A DNA stretch of 64,000 bases from Octopus vulgaris (lineage: Eukaryota), in the NCBI GenBank assembly GCA_951406725.2, contig OX597831.1, positions 32,488,001 to 32,552,000 on the forward strand, in the 5' to 3' direction. The notes under the pieces were generated by a model. It saw nothing but the letters and a program-made list of their open reading frames with translations, was not told the DNA's origin and did no database searches. Positions 41,289-51,901 of this stretch are shown here, in pieces; positions within the stretch are counted from its first letter, which is position 1; each line of letters starts with the position of its first letter. The position numbers and the translations under genes are program-made.

Positions 41289-41330
41289 TGTGTTCTGGAG
41301 GAAACGAAGGAATGGTCGCTGTAGATATAT
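41289..41330 (-). CDS. 42-nt phase-1 micro-exon (or 3' end of a longer leader exon) of the candidate uORF
   Basis: Minus strand ttctttcctAG|ATATATCTACAGCGACCATTCCTTCGTTTCCTCCAGAACACA|GTATGT; encodes (D)ISTATIPSFPPEH(S). A further acceptor with branch-like gactaac opens at 41531. Confidence 0.42.
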
Positions 41331-42539
41331 CTAGGAAAGAATTTGGTCAAACATGTCTCTGTGTCGATGTTGCTTTCTGCCTTCTTGTTTGGTGACCAAA
41401 TAATGCAAATCCTGTGACATGGTTCCTCGGCCGAATTCGTCCTTTTTTTTCTTTTTCTTTTTTAAAAAAAAGAAAAAAGAAATATGTGTATGTCTGTGTA
41501 TGTTCTGAGAAGATCTTGGTGCTGGTCCCGCCTGAGAACCGTTAGTCCAAAGACTTAACTAAACATACAATACACATACACTCATGTATATTTACGTAAA
41601 TATGTTTATATATATATATATGTATATATATATACACACATATATATGTATGTTTAATAATGCCGATGCGTTTCAGGTACGAGACAGCATGTGGCGGTGG
41701 TGACCAATAACACTGGTGACGACGATGATGTTGATGATGAAGATAATGATTATGTTTGTGTTGGTGATGACAGTGGTAATAATGAAGAATATATTACTGA
41801 GGGATAATGATGTCTAAAACCTCCAATATTCTTTTCAAAGATAGGAGGAAGCAAATGTTGTTTTCACATAATTGAAGTCCCATTCACATTATGAATCACC
41901 AATACCATTCATATACATCTATATATATATATATATATATACTATATATATACTATTGGTGTAATTATTATTTGATATAATTATTATTATAATGTTTGTT
42001 GTTATTCTGTCTGTCTATGCGCTTCTTTCCTTACACAAGACTCCAAATCTTTCCAAAAAAGCCTTCTGAATTCATCTTCTCTCATTAATTAAAATTATTT
42101 ATTATTTGACAAATGTATTTATATTCATATATATATATCTACGTATATATAAATATATCATTATCTTCCTCGTTTTCTCTCTGTTTTTGTCCTCTTAATA
42201 TAGAAATACAATTAAATAAACATTCACTTCCTCCTTTACTCACACTCTCTCTTATTTACTCTGTCGCTCTTTTATTCTTACTTTATCTTCCTTTTCTTTT
42301 CCCTCCTCTCTGTTATTCACTTTATCTCTCTTTTTCTCCGTCTTATTCTTAGTCTTTCCCTCCTCTCTCCCTCTCTGTTATTTGCGCTGCTTTACTCTAA
42401 CTCACTCTCTTTTTTCTCTCTCACTCTTTCTTATTTTTACTTTCTTTCTCTCTCCCTCTCTGTAGTTTGTTTTTTCTTTCTTTCTTTCTTTCTTTCTTTC
42501 TCACTCATCCTCCCACTATTCCTCTCTATTATATTTTAA

Positions 42540-42640
42540 AATCTTAAACCGGAAACGCTACTCGTTTTCATAATTTTATTATTTTTCGTAACCGGAAGTA
42601 GTTCTTTAGCGTCTGTGATCAGTTATAGTAGTTGTGGTGA
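42540..42640. promoter_or_regulatory. Candidate promoter core with ETS-type sites, possibly bidirectional
   Basis: CCGGAA at 42549 and ACCGGAAGT at 42591-42599 in a small CpG-retaining patch between a CT-rich block (left) and a GA-rich block (right). A minus-strand donor GTAAGG lies at 42034. Confidence 0.4.
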
Positions 42641-43232
42641 GAGAAAAAGTAGCAAATTAATACAAAAAGAGGGGGGAGGAAATAAAATAGATAGATAGAT
42701 AGATAGCTGGATAGAGAGAGAGAGTGAAGAAGAGAGAAAACAAACAAAGAATAAGAAAGATGGAATTAGGAGAGGAGGAGTAGAGAGAAGTGAAGAAAAG
42801 CAAAAACCACGAGTAAGAGGGAGAGAGCAAAAACAAATACAGAGAATAAGAGAGGAAATAAGAGAAAGTATAGAAGAGTGACAGAGAGAGGGAGATAAAG
42901 AAAAGGAGGGAAAGTGAGAGAGGGGATGGGAAGAAATGATTATTTGGAAAAAGTAGTGAGAGAAAGAAAGAGAGAGAGAGAGTATAAAATGCGAGGAGCG
43001 AAGGAGAAAAGTATAATGAAAATTGGTGGAAGGAGCAAAAAGAAATAAAATGAAGAGGAAAATAATATTCTGTCTTAATGTACTTATATATATATATATA
43101 TATATATAGTGGGGTGGAAAATGTGGTAAATGGTTTTACACCTTTTACCATATGAGGGAATTATTTTCTTTACGGTAACTGCAGTGAATTCTCCTTTAGA
43201 AATTAAAATATATTACAAACCTAGAATTCATT

Positions 43233-43274
<42 letters not shown>

Positions 43275-46006
43275 ATGGGCGAATGGTGTATTAATAGCGT
43301 GCTGGCTTGCTTTAGTAGCTTCCTTTAAACCTTGTGGTGTGCGACTAGTTGCCGTGATAAAAGAAAATCCCCACAAATGGTTTCAATACAGTTTTAAGAG
43401 AAGGATATGGAAGAATTAAATGAAAGTTCTCCGCTCATTTTCCTTCGTGTAAATAATAGTTTATGTTAATTTAAACATTTGCCAGCAAAATCTTATAAAA
43501 CGACAATGTTGTAAAAGATGTAGATGTTTATGTGTTACGTACGAAAATAAAATAATTGTATTCTCAAAAAATAAAAATAGAAAGGAGAGACAAGAGATGT
43601 GAGAGTTGGAGAAGAAAGGGAAAACCGAAAATCAGAACAGTGAGGAATTGGTAAATGGAAGAATGGAAAGAAAGTATGGAAATAAGGGAAAGGAGTATAG
43701 GAAAAAAAAGTAAAAAATAAAGAAATTAGAAAAATAAAATCATTTGAACAGGGAAGCAACTTTGATATTGTACGAAAGCAGTTATCTTTCCATCTCGTTT
43801 CTTGAATTTGGTAGTGTTTTAGTTGTTTATTCCCAAGTCAGCGTATTGTAAGGATCCATGAACGAAAGTGTTCTAACTGTGAATATCCAATATTTTGTTT
43901 GCCTGACAGTATATATCCCGAACTACAATATCTATGGCCGAGTGTCATTTGAGGAAAACTCGACTGTCACTTCTCGTATATCGACGGAGCCACTATATGG
44001 GGGTTGATACAATTTAATACGTGAATTTATATTTACCCGATCGTCTGCCTTTCACATTCGTCTCTCCTCTTCTGGTCACTCATTCTGATTCACCCATAGG
44101 CTTTGCCTTATTCCCTTGCAGACCATCTACTTTCTGGAATTACCTTCGATATTCACGTTTCCTCCTGTACGCGTCAACTTCCGAGGTGACCACAATCCTG
44201 GTTGATTTCAGTTTTCTAAGGGAACTCGAAGGTAGGAAGCTGGCAGAATCGTTAGTACGTCCTGCAAAATGCTTAGCAGCATTTCGTCCATCTTTACGTT
44301 CTGAGTTCAAGTTCCGCCGAAGCCGACTTACCTTTCATCCTTTCGGAGTCGATAAAAGAAGGACCAGTTGAGTACTGGAGTCTATGTAGTCGACTTATTT
44401 ATTTCCTGAACATGCTTGCCTTGTGTCTAAATTTGAAACCAATATTCTAAGGGAACCCAAGGATACTGACTTTTATTTCCTTCTGATTAATCCATGAAGA
44501 AATGAACAAGAGTGGCGGGTGGGTACACAATCGCTAGAATAGAACACAAATTATTGGGTGTTATTTAATTGCAATCCTTTAATTTTTGAGTTCAAGCCAC
44601 CTCGATCTCTTCACATCTGGGATCAACTTTGTTTTTCAGTTTTACAAGATCAATACAATCCTGGGGTCGATATTATCGACTTCTATATCCTCGTGATGGA
44701 ATCTATGGTTATGTTAGGAATTAGTTCTCCCTATCAAAGTCAAACTCAAAATGAACCAAAGAACAAGGAGGCAGAAACTATTTTGGTTCAACTCTCTTTA
44801 CAATTTAGATGTCATCATAAATCCTGTTAAGGTATCACTTTTCATTTGGCTACCAGAACCCTTCAATATACATAATATTAAAGTTAGCTATTCTTGCCTA
44901 GGAAACATCGCTTTCATCATTGACCGCCATAATAGAAAAGTCTGTATCGGTACTATCTGTCCCCTACCCCTAGCTTTCCGAAGTACAGGCATATAATCAA
45001 TATGTAATTAAAAGAGATGACGTGTGGTGCAGAAACAAATGTTGGGATCTACAATTAAAGCCTCATATCCTCCATCCTCGTGTTATATTATTCTTGTATT
45101 AATCATATGCAAAGAGGAGTTCCGCATGTGTATCTGTATGCCCTGCTGTAGTATAACATGTGGTAGTGAAATAGTGACATAAAAGGTCTTGAATGTACGT
45201 AACGAGATATTTATCCGAATTATACTAAATGTGTGTATAAACTGTTGTTCAAAACTATAAAGCGAGAGCACTGTCTGTTTTTTTTCTAGTGAAATATGCA
45301 ATCCAAATTCATGAAACTCGCCTCTAGATAGGAACTCGAATAGAATGAGGCATTGTAATATTCAAATTTATTGAAATCCAAAAAATAAATTGGATTATAA
45401 TTTTAAAAAACATACAAAGCTAAAAAAAACCCTATTCAAAACTGTAACATCAGGTTGAATAATGTTGTAAATATGATGCGAAACAGGGAGATTATGATAT
45501 GGTTGAATGATATTCTCATGCAGTACATCAACAATAGTATGTTTGACCACCACGCTGGTATCTTATCCATTTGGCCACAGAGGCTCACTAGTAAGTTTGT
45601 ATTCATGAAGACAATTAACGACCCAGTTGAACAAATGTCACAGCAGCCAGATTCCTGAAATCGATAAAACCAGTAGACAATGAAACCAGATTCTAATTAA
45701 TGAATCGCCCAAATTATCTCGATAGATGCAAGCTGTTGCTAAAACATTAGCAAAACCAGTTTTGTTGCTAACTGCACAAATTACATCACGCATTGACGCG
45801 CGATAAGTTATGTTTATTCAACAGACATGGCTGCGTGGTAAGGAGTCAGCTTCCCAACCATACGGTTCTGGGTTCAGTCCCAATGAGTGACAACTTGGGA
45901 AAATGCCTTCTGCTGTAGCCTCGGGCCCGAATGCCTTGTGAGTGGACTTGGTCGACGGAAACTGAAAGAAGTCCGTTTTATGTGTGTGTGTGTGTGCGTG
46001 TATAGT

Positions 46007-46190
46007 GGAGGCGCAATGGCCCAGTGGTTAGGGCAGCGGACTCGCGGTGGTAGGATCGTGGTTTCGATTCCCAGACCTGGCGTTGTGTGTGTTTATTGAG
46101 CGAAAACACATAAAAGCTCCACGATGCTCCGGCAGGGGGTGGCGATCCCTGCTGTACTCTTTCACCACAACTTTCTCTCACTCTTTCTTC
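46007..46190 (+). mobile_element. tRNA-derived SINE family C
   Basis: Head ggaggcgcaatggcccagtggttagggc...ggtttcgattccc continuing into a non-tRNA body. Copies at about 11545-11709(-), 23635-23810(+), 62675-62722(-). Confidence 0.8.
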
Positions 46191-46389
46191 TGTTGCCCTG
46201 CACGCTAAATATATAAATGGATTTTACTCATAAAGTATTGGAATCTTAAATGTATATCATTTTGCCTAAAAAATGGATCTACAAATTCAATATCCCTTCA
46301 TATCTCACATCTATTTTCTCTTTCCTCCACCTCACTCTCTATTTTGTCTCATATCTAAATTAACTTTTACTTAACTATTCTCTCACACC

Positions 46390-46437
46390 GTCTCCGATGA
46401 AGGGATATAATAAATATCCTGGAAACAGCTGTAAGAC
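46390..46437 (+). ncRNA. Variant hammerhead motif (CCGAUGA core)
   Basis: Stem I GUCU/AGAC; CCGAUGA; stem II GGAUAU/AUAUCC; GAAA at 46422-46425; palindromic ACAGCUGU; GUA triplet at 46431-46433. Confidence 0.6.
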
Positions 46438-46678
46438 CTTCTATCTATAAATGTTCTAAAATCTACTCAGCCTTGGTTTTTTATCTCATTACGAAAAAAA
46501 TCCTTATATACACTCGCTGAAATATGACCAACTTTGAACCCCTTATTCGCAAAATCACCGAACTTGGAACTTAACTATAGTTTCTCTATAGCACTTATTC
46601 AGCATTACCTGACACCTTTGGGTCTCAATGACACTATTACCTCTCATAACCTCTCTCTCTCCCTCCCCTCCCTCCCTC

Positions 46679-46758
<80 letters not shown>

Positions 46759-46947
46759 ATAAGAGTAAATAAATGGCACAACGAAGTACCGATATTTACT
46801 GGAAAATAGCGAACGTAATAAATACGACGCTAATGTATAGCTTCACTGCGTATGTACTAGTAAAGATGCGTGTGTGCTACAAACATGAAAAAAATTGTCT
46901 TACCTCTAGGAAGAACATCTGAAAAATGAAATACCTAGAAATGGATA

Positions 46948-47019
46948 ATGTGGTACCGGTTTCAGATTCTTCAAAATACGTCTGCCAACATATATTTGAT
47001 TTATCCTCATCAGCCACAT
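46948..47019 (-). ncRNA. Type I hammerhead ribozyme motif
   Basis: Minus strand AUGUGG-CUGAUGA-GGAU...AUCU-GAAA-CCG-GUA-CCACAU: 6-bp stem I, interrupted long stem II, palindromic ACCGGU stem III. Predicted cleavage after position 46954. Confidence 0.85.
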
Positions 47020-48253
47020 ATACCTCGACAATATTTCAAATGTTGCCACATATATTGCCAGTACACTCGTCTGAACGCCAAAACGTTGACAGAACGAGAA
47101 CAGTATATATATATATATTACATTATACTATATTGTCTTATATTATATTAGAGGACAAATCAAAACCAGGCAGAATGAGTATCTCAAGTCATTTAGAATG
47201 ATTTAATTAGGGTAAGGTGAATTTAAAGTCTTACAGCCGCTTCTGGGATAACCCAAAGGGTTGGTTAGCATATATATGTGTGTAGTGATTTCATTTAGGC
47301 ATAGAGTCGATTCGAACCTGAATCTGCCAATTTCCTTTAATATTTCAACAGCGCTTTTCTCACGGAGAAAACAATAGCGACAGCAGTTATTACATTTACC
47401 AGATTGTTTCGGAAAGCCGATTCATGTCTTTTCCACTTGACCCTTCTAACCTCTTGTCTGCGATAGGAAGTGATTTGCTATAACAATGGACCCCATAAAA
47501 TATCCATTGTTTTCGTTGGTTCACAGCTGACAAAGAGGGGGCTGACCGGCTCAAACGAAATGCTGTCTCGGCTGAAGTAACATCACAGTGTGAGAACTAT
47601 GGAATTAATCAACGTAGAAGCTGTCTCGTCACACACTCTCTCGCTTTCATTAGCTCAATTTCCTTTCTCTGCAACATTACCATATCTCTCTCTATATACT
47701 ACTATGAGATCGTGTACACACATATACAGGCTGAAATTAACTTTCTTTACCTCGCATTACACACACCTGTCCATCGAGGCATGGCATTATATTAAATAAC
47801 AATGAATAGAAAATTGGTATCAACATCAACTTTGATCACTGATCATCTTGCACATCTGCAATATCAACAGCCTTTACAATTGGTAACTGTTGACTCCAAC
47901 ATATATCCTAAAATATGTCATTACAAATGGTAACTGACTCCACCTAATACATACCGTTATATATGTATCTACGTATGTGTGTGTGTTTACTAACCAACCA
48001 GTCAGATTATCCCAGAAACAGCTGTAAGACTTTAAATTCACCTTACCCTAATTAAAATTATTCTAAATGACTTGAGATATTCGTTCTGCTTTGGTTTTGA
48101 TTTTTCCTCTTATATAATATATACATCCTATAACGAAACCCTAATACGGATTCCCAGATCCAGCCTTAGCTGTGATCTTGGAACCTAATGGTCGACCAAC
48201 TATAGCACTTACCCAGCGTACCTATTCGTTTACATCACAAGTGAACTGAACCC

Positions 48254-48284
<31 letters not shown>

Positions 48285-48918
48285 AGATATATATTTATAT
48301 ATACTCTTACTCTTTTACTTGTTTCAGTCATTTGACTGCGGCCATGCTGGAGCACCGCCTTTAGTCGAGCAAATCGACCTCAGGACTTATTCTTTGTAAG
48401 CCCAGTACTTATTCTATCGGTCTCTTTTTGCCGAACCGCTAAGTGACGGGGACGTAAACACACCAGCATCGGTTGTCAAGCAATGCTAGGGGGACAAACA
48501 CAGACACACAAACATATACACACACACTTATATATATATATACATATATACGACAGTTTTTCAGTTTCCGTCTACCAAATCCACTCACAAGGCATTGGTC
48601 GGCCCGGGGCTATAGCAGAAGACACTTGCCCAAGATGCCACGCATGTGGTTGGTTAGCAAGCTACTTACCACACATCTTTTATTTGTTTCAGAGATTAAA
48701 CTACAGCCATGTTGGGGCACCAATTTGAAGAATTTTAATCGAACGAATTGACACCAGGACTTTTTTCCAAGACGTGTACTTATTCTGTCGGTCTTTGGCC
48801 GAACCGCTAGGTTACGGGGACAGACAGACACACACACACGATGCACTTTCTTTCAGTTTCTGTCAACTAAATCCACTCACAAGGCCTTGAACGGCCCGAA
48901 GCTACAGCAGAAGGTACG

Positions 48919-49602
48919 GATCTTTTCCTTTTGAACGGCAGACAATTTCTAGTTAACTAAACACTTTAAAACTTCGTATACTGGTAGAATGTATCAAAAT
49001 AAAACATTTGTTTCTCTTGGCTTTCTTGAGAAAATTGTAATTTGTTTGTTTAACGTAGTTTAATTTTTCGAATTTTAACCAATCCTATGCTCTCTTTTGA
49101 GCTAAAATCATTTGCTGCGTTTAAAACTGAGACAACATCCTGTCACTACCCTTCAACCTAACCCTAATTTTTTTTTCTTAATTGTTAAATTAATTTAATT
49201 GTTACACGTGTAACGGAAAGCGTGTGTATAAAATTATAGAATTATTTTGTTTGTTAATTGTTTAAATCATTTTCCATTGCTTTCGGTTTTTTTTACACGC
49301 GTAACAATTAAATTAATTCAACAATTAAGAAAAAAAAATAGGGTTAGGTTTAGGATTAGTTACAGGATGTTGTCTCAGTTTTAGACGCAGCAAATGATTT
49401 TAGTTGAATGGAGGTAATCGATTGGTTAAAATTGCCGAAATGCTCGGATTCTCAGACGAAATATCCTACAAACTATAGAATTTTCTCAATAAAGCCAAGA
49501 CAAAATGATGTTTTATAAACACATTCTACCAGTATACGAAGTTTAAAAGTGTTTAGTTAACTAGAAATTGTGTTGACATCTGCCGTTCAAAAGGAAAAGA
49601 TC
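48919..49602. mobile_element. Foldback/MITE element, palindromic over most of its length
   Basis: Termini gatcttttccttttgaacggcaga / tctgccgttcaaaaggaaaagatc; pairing continues inward for roughly 290 bp; interrupts a SINE fragment. Confidence 0.8.
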
Positions 49603-49626
49603 TACATCTATCTATCCATATATACA

Positions 49627-50480
49627 CAGGGTGGCCCAGAAGTCACTGAGGGGTTTTAAGAAATCGCTTATTTTTACAAATAGGTGTATGAAATTTTAAT
49701 TCAACATAGAGGAGATAATGGAGATTAATTTGCATTAGTCCTTTTTTTCTTTATCCTACCTCTGTATTACGTATGAAAAACGATATCTTTTAAATGGCGT
49801 CCATTTTCATCTTCACATTTTATGAGGTGTAATTCTCTATGGTCTAGTGCTCTCGGATTCTCGTCTGTTGACGAACTCATTCAAATATGAGCTTCATCAG
49901 ACATGATCAATTTTTGTATAAAATTTGGAGCCATTTCGAGCAAATTCCTGGATTCCGACAGAGTATTGGACCCTGTGCTCATAGTCCTGGGGCTTCGACT
50001 GTTGAACCAACTGTACCTTATATGGAGAAAGGGTAAGATTGCAGAGAACTCTTTGCAACGAAGTTTGTGAAATACCAGGCTGTTTGGACCGCCTACGAGT
50101 TGAAATGCCCGGATTCTGTTCAATACTCTCTCGCACTACTTTTCTTACCTCATGAGTTCTGACAGTGCGAGGTCTCGCAGATTGTGGGAGATCATTTACT
50201 GCCCCTTGCTTTATAAAACGATGAACTAAGTTCCTAATGGTGTTTTCCCTTTGGGCATCACTAACTTGAAAGTGCCAACGACATGCTCTCTGGGTTTGAA
50301 TAACTGACCCCTGATTTTGATAGAACAATTTCACCACTTGGGAGCGTTATGCGGAGTCATATTTTTCCATAATTAATTTCTAGAACCTGGTCCATAAAAT
50401 CCACGAAAAGAAAAGAAAAATGTCAAAAATAAAAGAATTATCAAAAGATGCAATCCTTCAGTGACTTTTGAGCCACCGTG
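49627..50480 (-). mobile_element. Internally deleted Tc1/mariner-family transposon
   Basis: 23-bp TIRs CAGGGTGGCCCAGAAGTCACTGA / TCAGTGACTTTTGAGCCACCGTG followed by TA. ORF 50337-49897 encodes the paired-HTH region (ARPRTVRT, STRRRS, PYKVQLVQ) with an MSDEAH remnant in another frame. Confidence 0.88.
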
Positions 50481-50706
50481 TATATAATAAACGCATACAT
50501 CCATAACTTGCCCGTCTCCTAACGCTTGAGGAAAAGTTATCTCCCGTTACGGTAGTAGCTCTTTTATGTGGTTCGACATCATTTCGTCTAACGTCGTCGC
50601 TGCCGCCGCCATCATCATCACCATTACCAGCAACAACAGCAGCAGCAGCACAAGTCCACCGAGTATGACGGCGACATCTGTTCTTTGAGGTTGTTTTTTG
50701 GGCATC

Positions 50707-51542
50707 ATGACACAACCTTATTTCGTTTCAACAACAACCACAACAGCACCAACTACAACTACTACACCATCGACTATTGCTGCATCGAACATCACTTGTG
50801 TAGCACCTGCTCCAACACCAACATCATCATCATCATCATCCTCTTCTTCTTCCACCGTCACCACATCTTCGTCTTCTTCTGTATCATCTCTACCCCATCC
50901 ATTACAATCGCCATCGTCGCTCTCATCTTCATTGTTAACGTCAACCGCTGCCGCTACAAAAACGTTCACTAATTCTAGTTCTTGTAGTAGTGGCGGTGGT
51001 AGTAGTAATAAGAGTAGCAATACCACCACAACAACATTAACTACTACTACTACTACAACTAGTAGTAATAATAATAATAATAATACAACTACAACAACAA
51101 CTACGCACGGAGCATCGCACACCAATATCGAGAATAACCGACAACAACAACAACAACAACATCATCACTATCTCTATAACCACTTTCCTCCGCAGTTTTA
51201 CCATCATCATCATAATCATCAGTACCAACACCAACGTTACCGTTATCGCTACCAACAGTACAACAACAACTTCAACAACTACTACAGTAAATTCTACGGC
51301 AAGCCGTTTGGCGTTAGGAGAAGAATGGAGAACACGTATGGATGTTCGGTTGGTGCCGTCGCTTCTGTGACTGCTTCTGGCGTCACGGCGGAGGCTGCCA
51401 GCACTGAGACAGACAATAATTGTTCAGGTCTTATCACCGAGGCCGGTGTGGATATTGCTGGCCACTACAGCGGAGCGGCTTTGTCCACCTATGAAAGGAC
51501 AGGCAAGTCACTGCATTATAATCCGAAAATGGCCATTGCAAG
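50707..51542 (+). CDS. TRMT1L: TRMT1-like tRNA (guanine-N2) methyltransferase, first coding exon (start uncertain: ATG 50707 or ATG 51325)
   Basis: ORF ends LITEAGVDI...LHYNPKMAIA(R) at donor AG|GTAAGA (51543), resembling ILKEADTDV...YFNPKMKLNR of vertebrate TRMT1L. The N-terminal part is T/S/N/Q/H low complexity. Confidence 0.75.
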
Positions 51543-51850
51543 GTAAGAACATAACCTTGTATATATTTATATATTATATAAAAAGGCACATATGCTCGTA
51601 TATATATAAATGTGTATTTATATATATATATATATACATACACATGTATATATATATATCCACACATATATTCACATACATTCATACAGACGCAGAAGCA
51701 CACATGTACAAGCATACTAAAAAAAAACCCGTACACATGTATACCCCTAAACAATTAAACACAAACATAGGCAGATACACAGACACCCACACTCATACAT
51801 ATGTACGGGGACATATATGCACAAATATACACACTCACACACATACAGGC

Positions 51851-51901
<51 letters not shown>

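Noticed and set aside
41325-41345. CTT TCC TAG as an antizyme-like +1 frameshift site linking the MSQD uORF to the downstream peptide
   Set aside because: The long downstream frame is -1, not +1, and there is no canonical -1 slippery heptamer.
45589-45654. 66-nt minus-strand exon-like segment (tttcAG...GTGAGC)
   Set aside because: It has a stop in phase 1, so it is incompatible with the uORF chain. It could be a non-coding leader exon, but this is unsupported.
46007-46080. tRNA-like sequence
   Set aside because: Continues into a repeated SINE body found at several loci and has no clean acceptor stem; it is a SINE head, not a tRNA gene.
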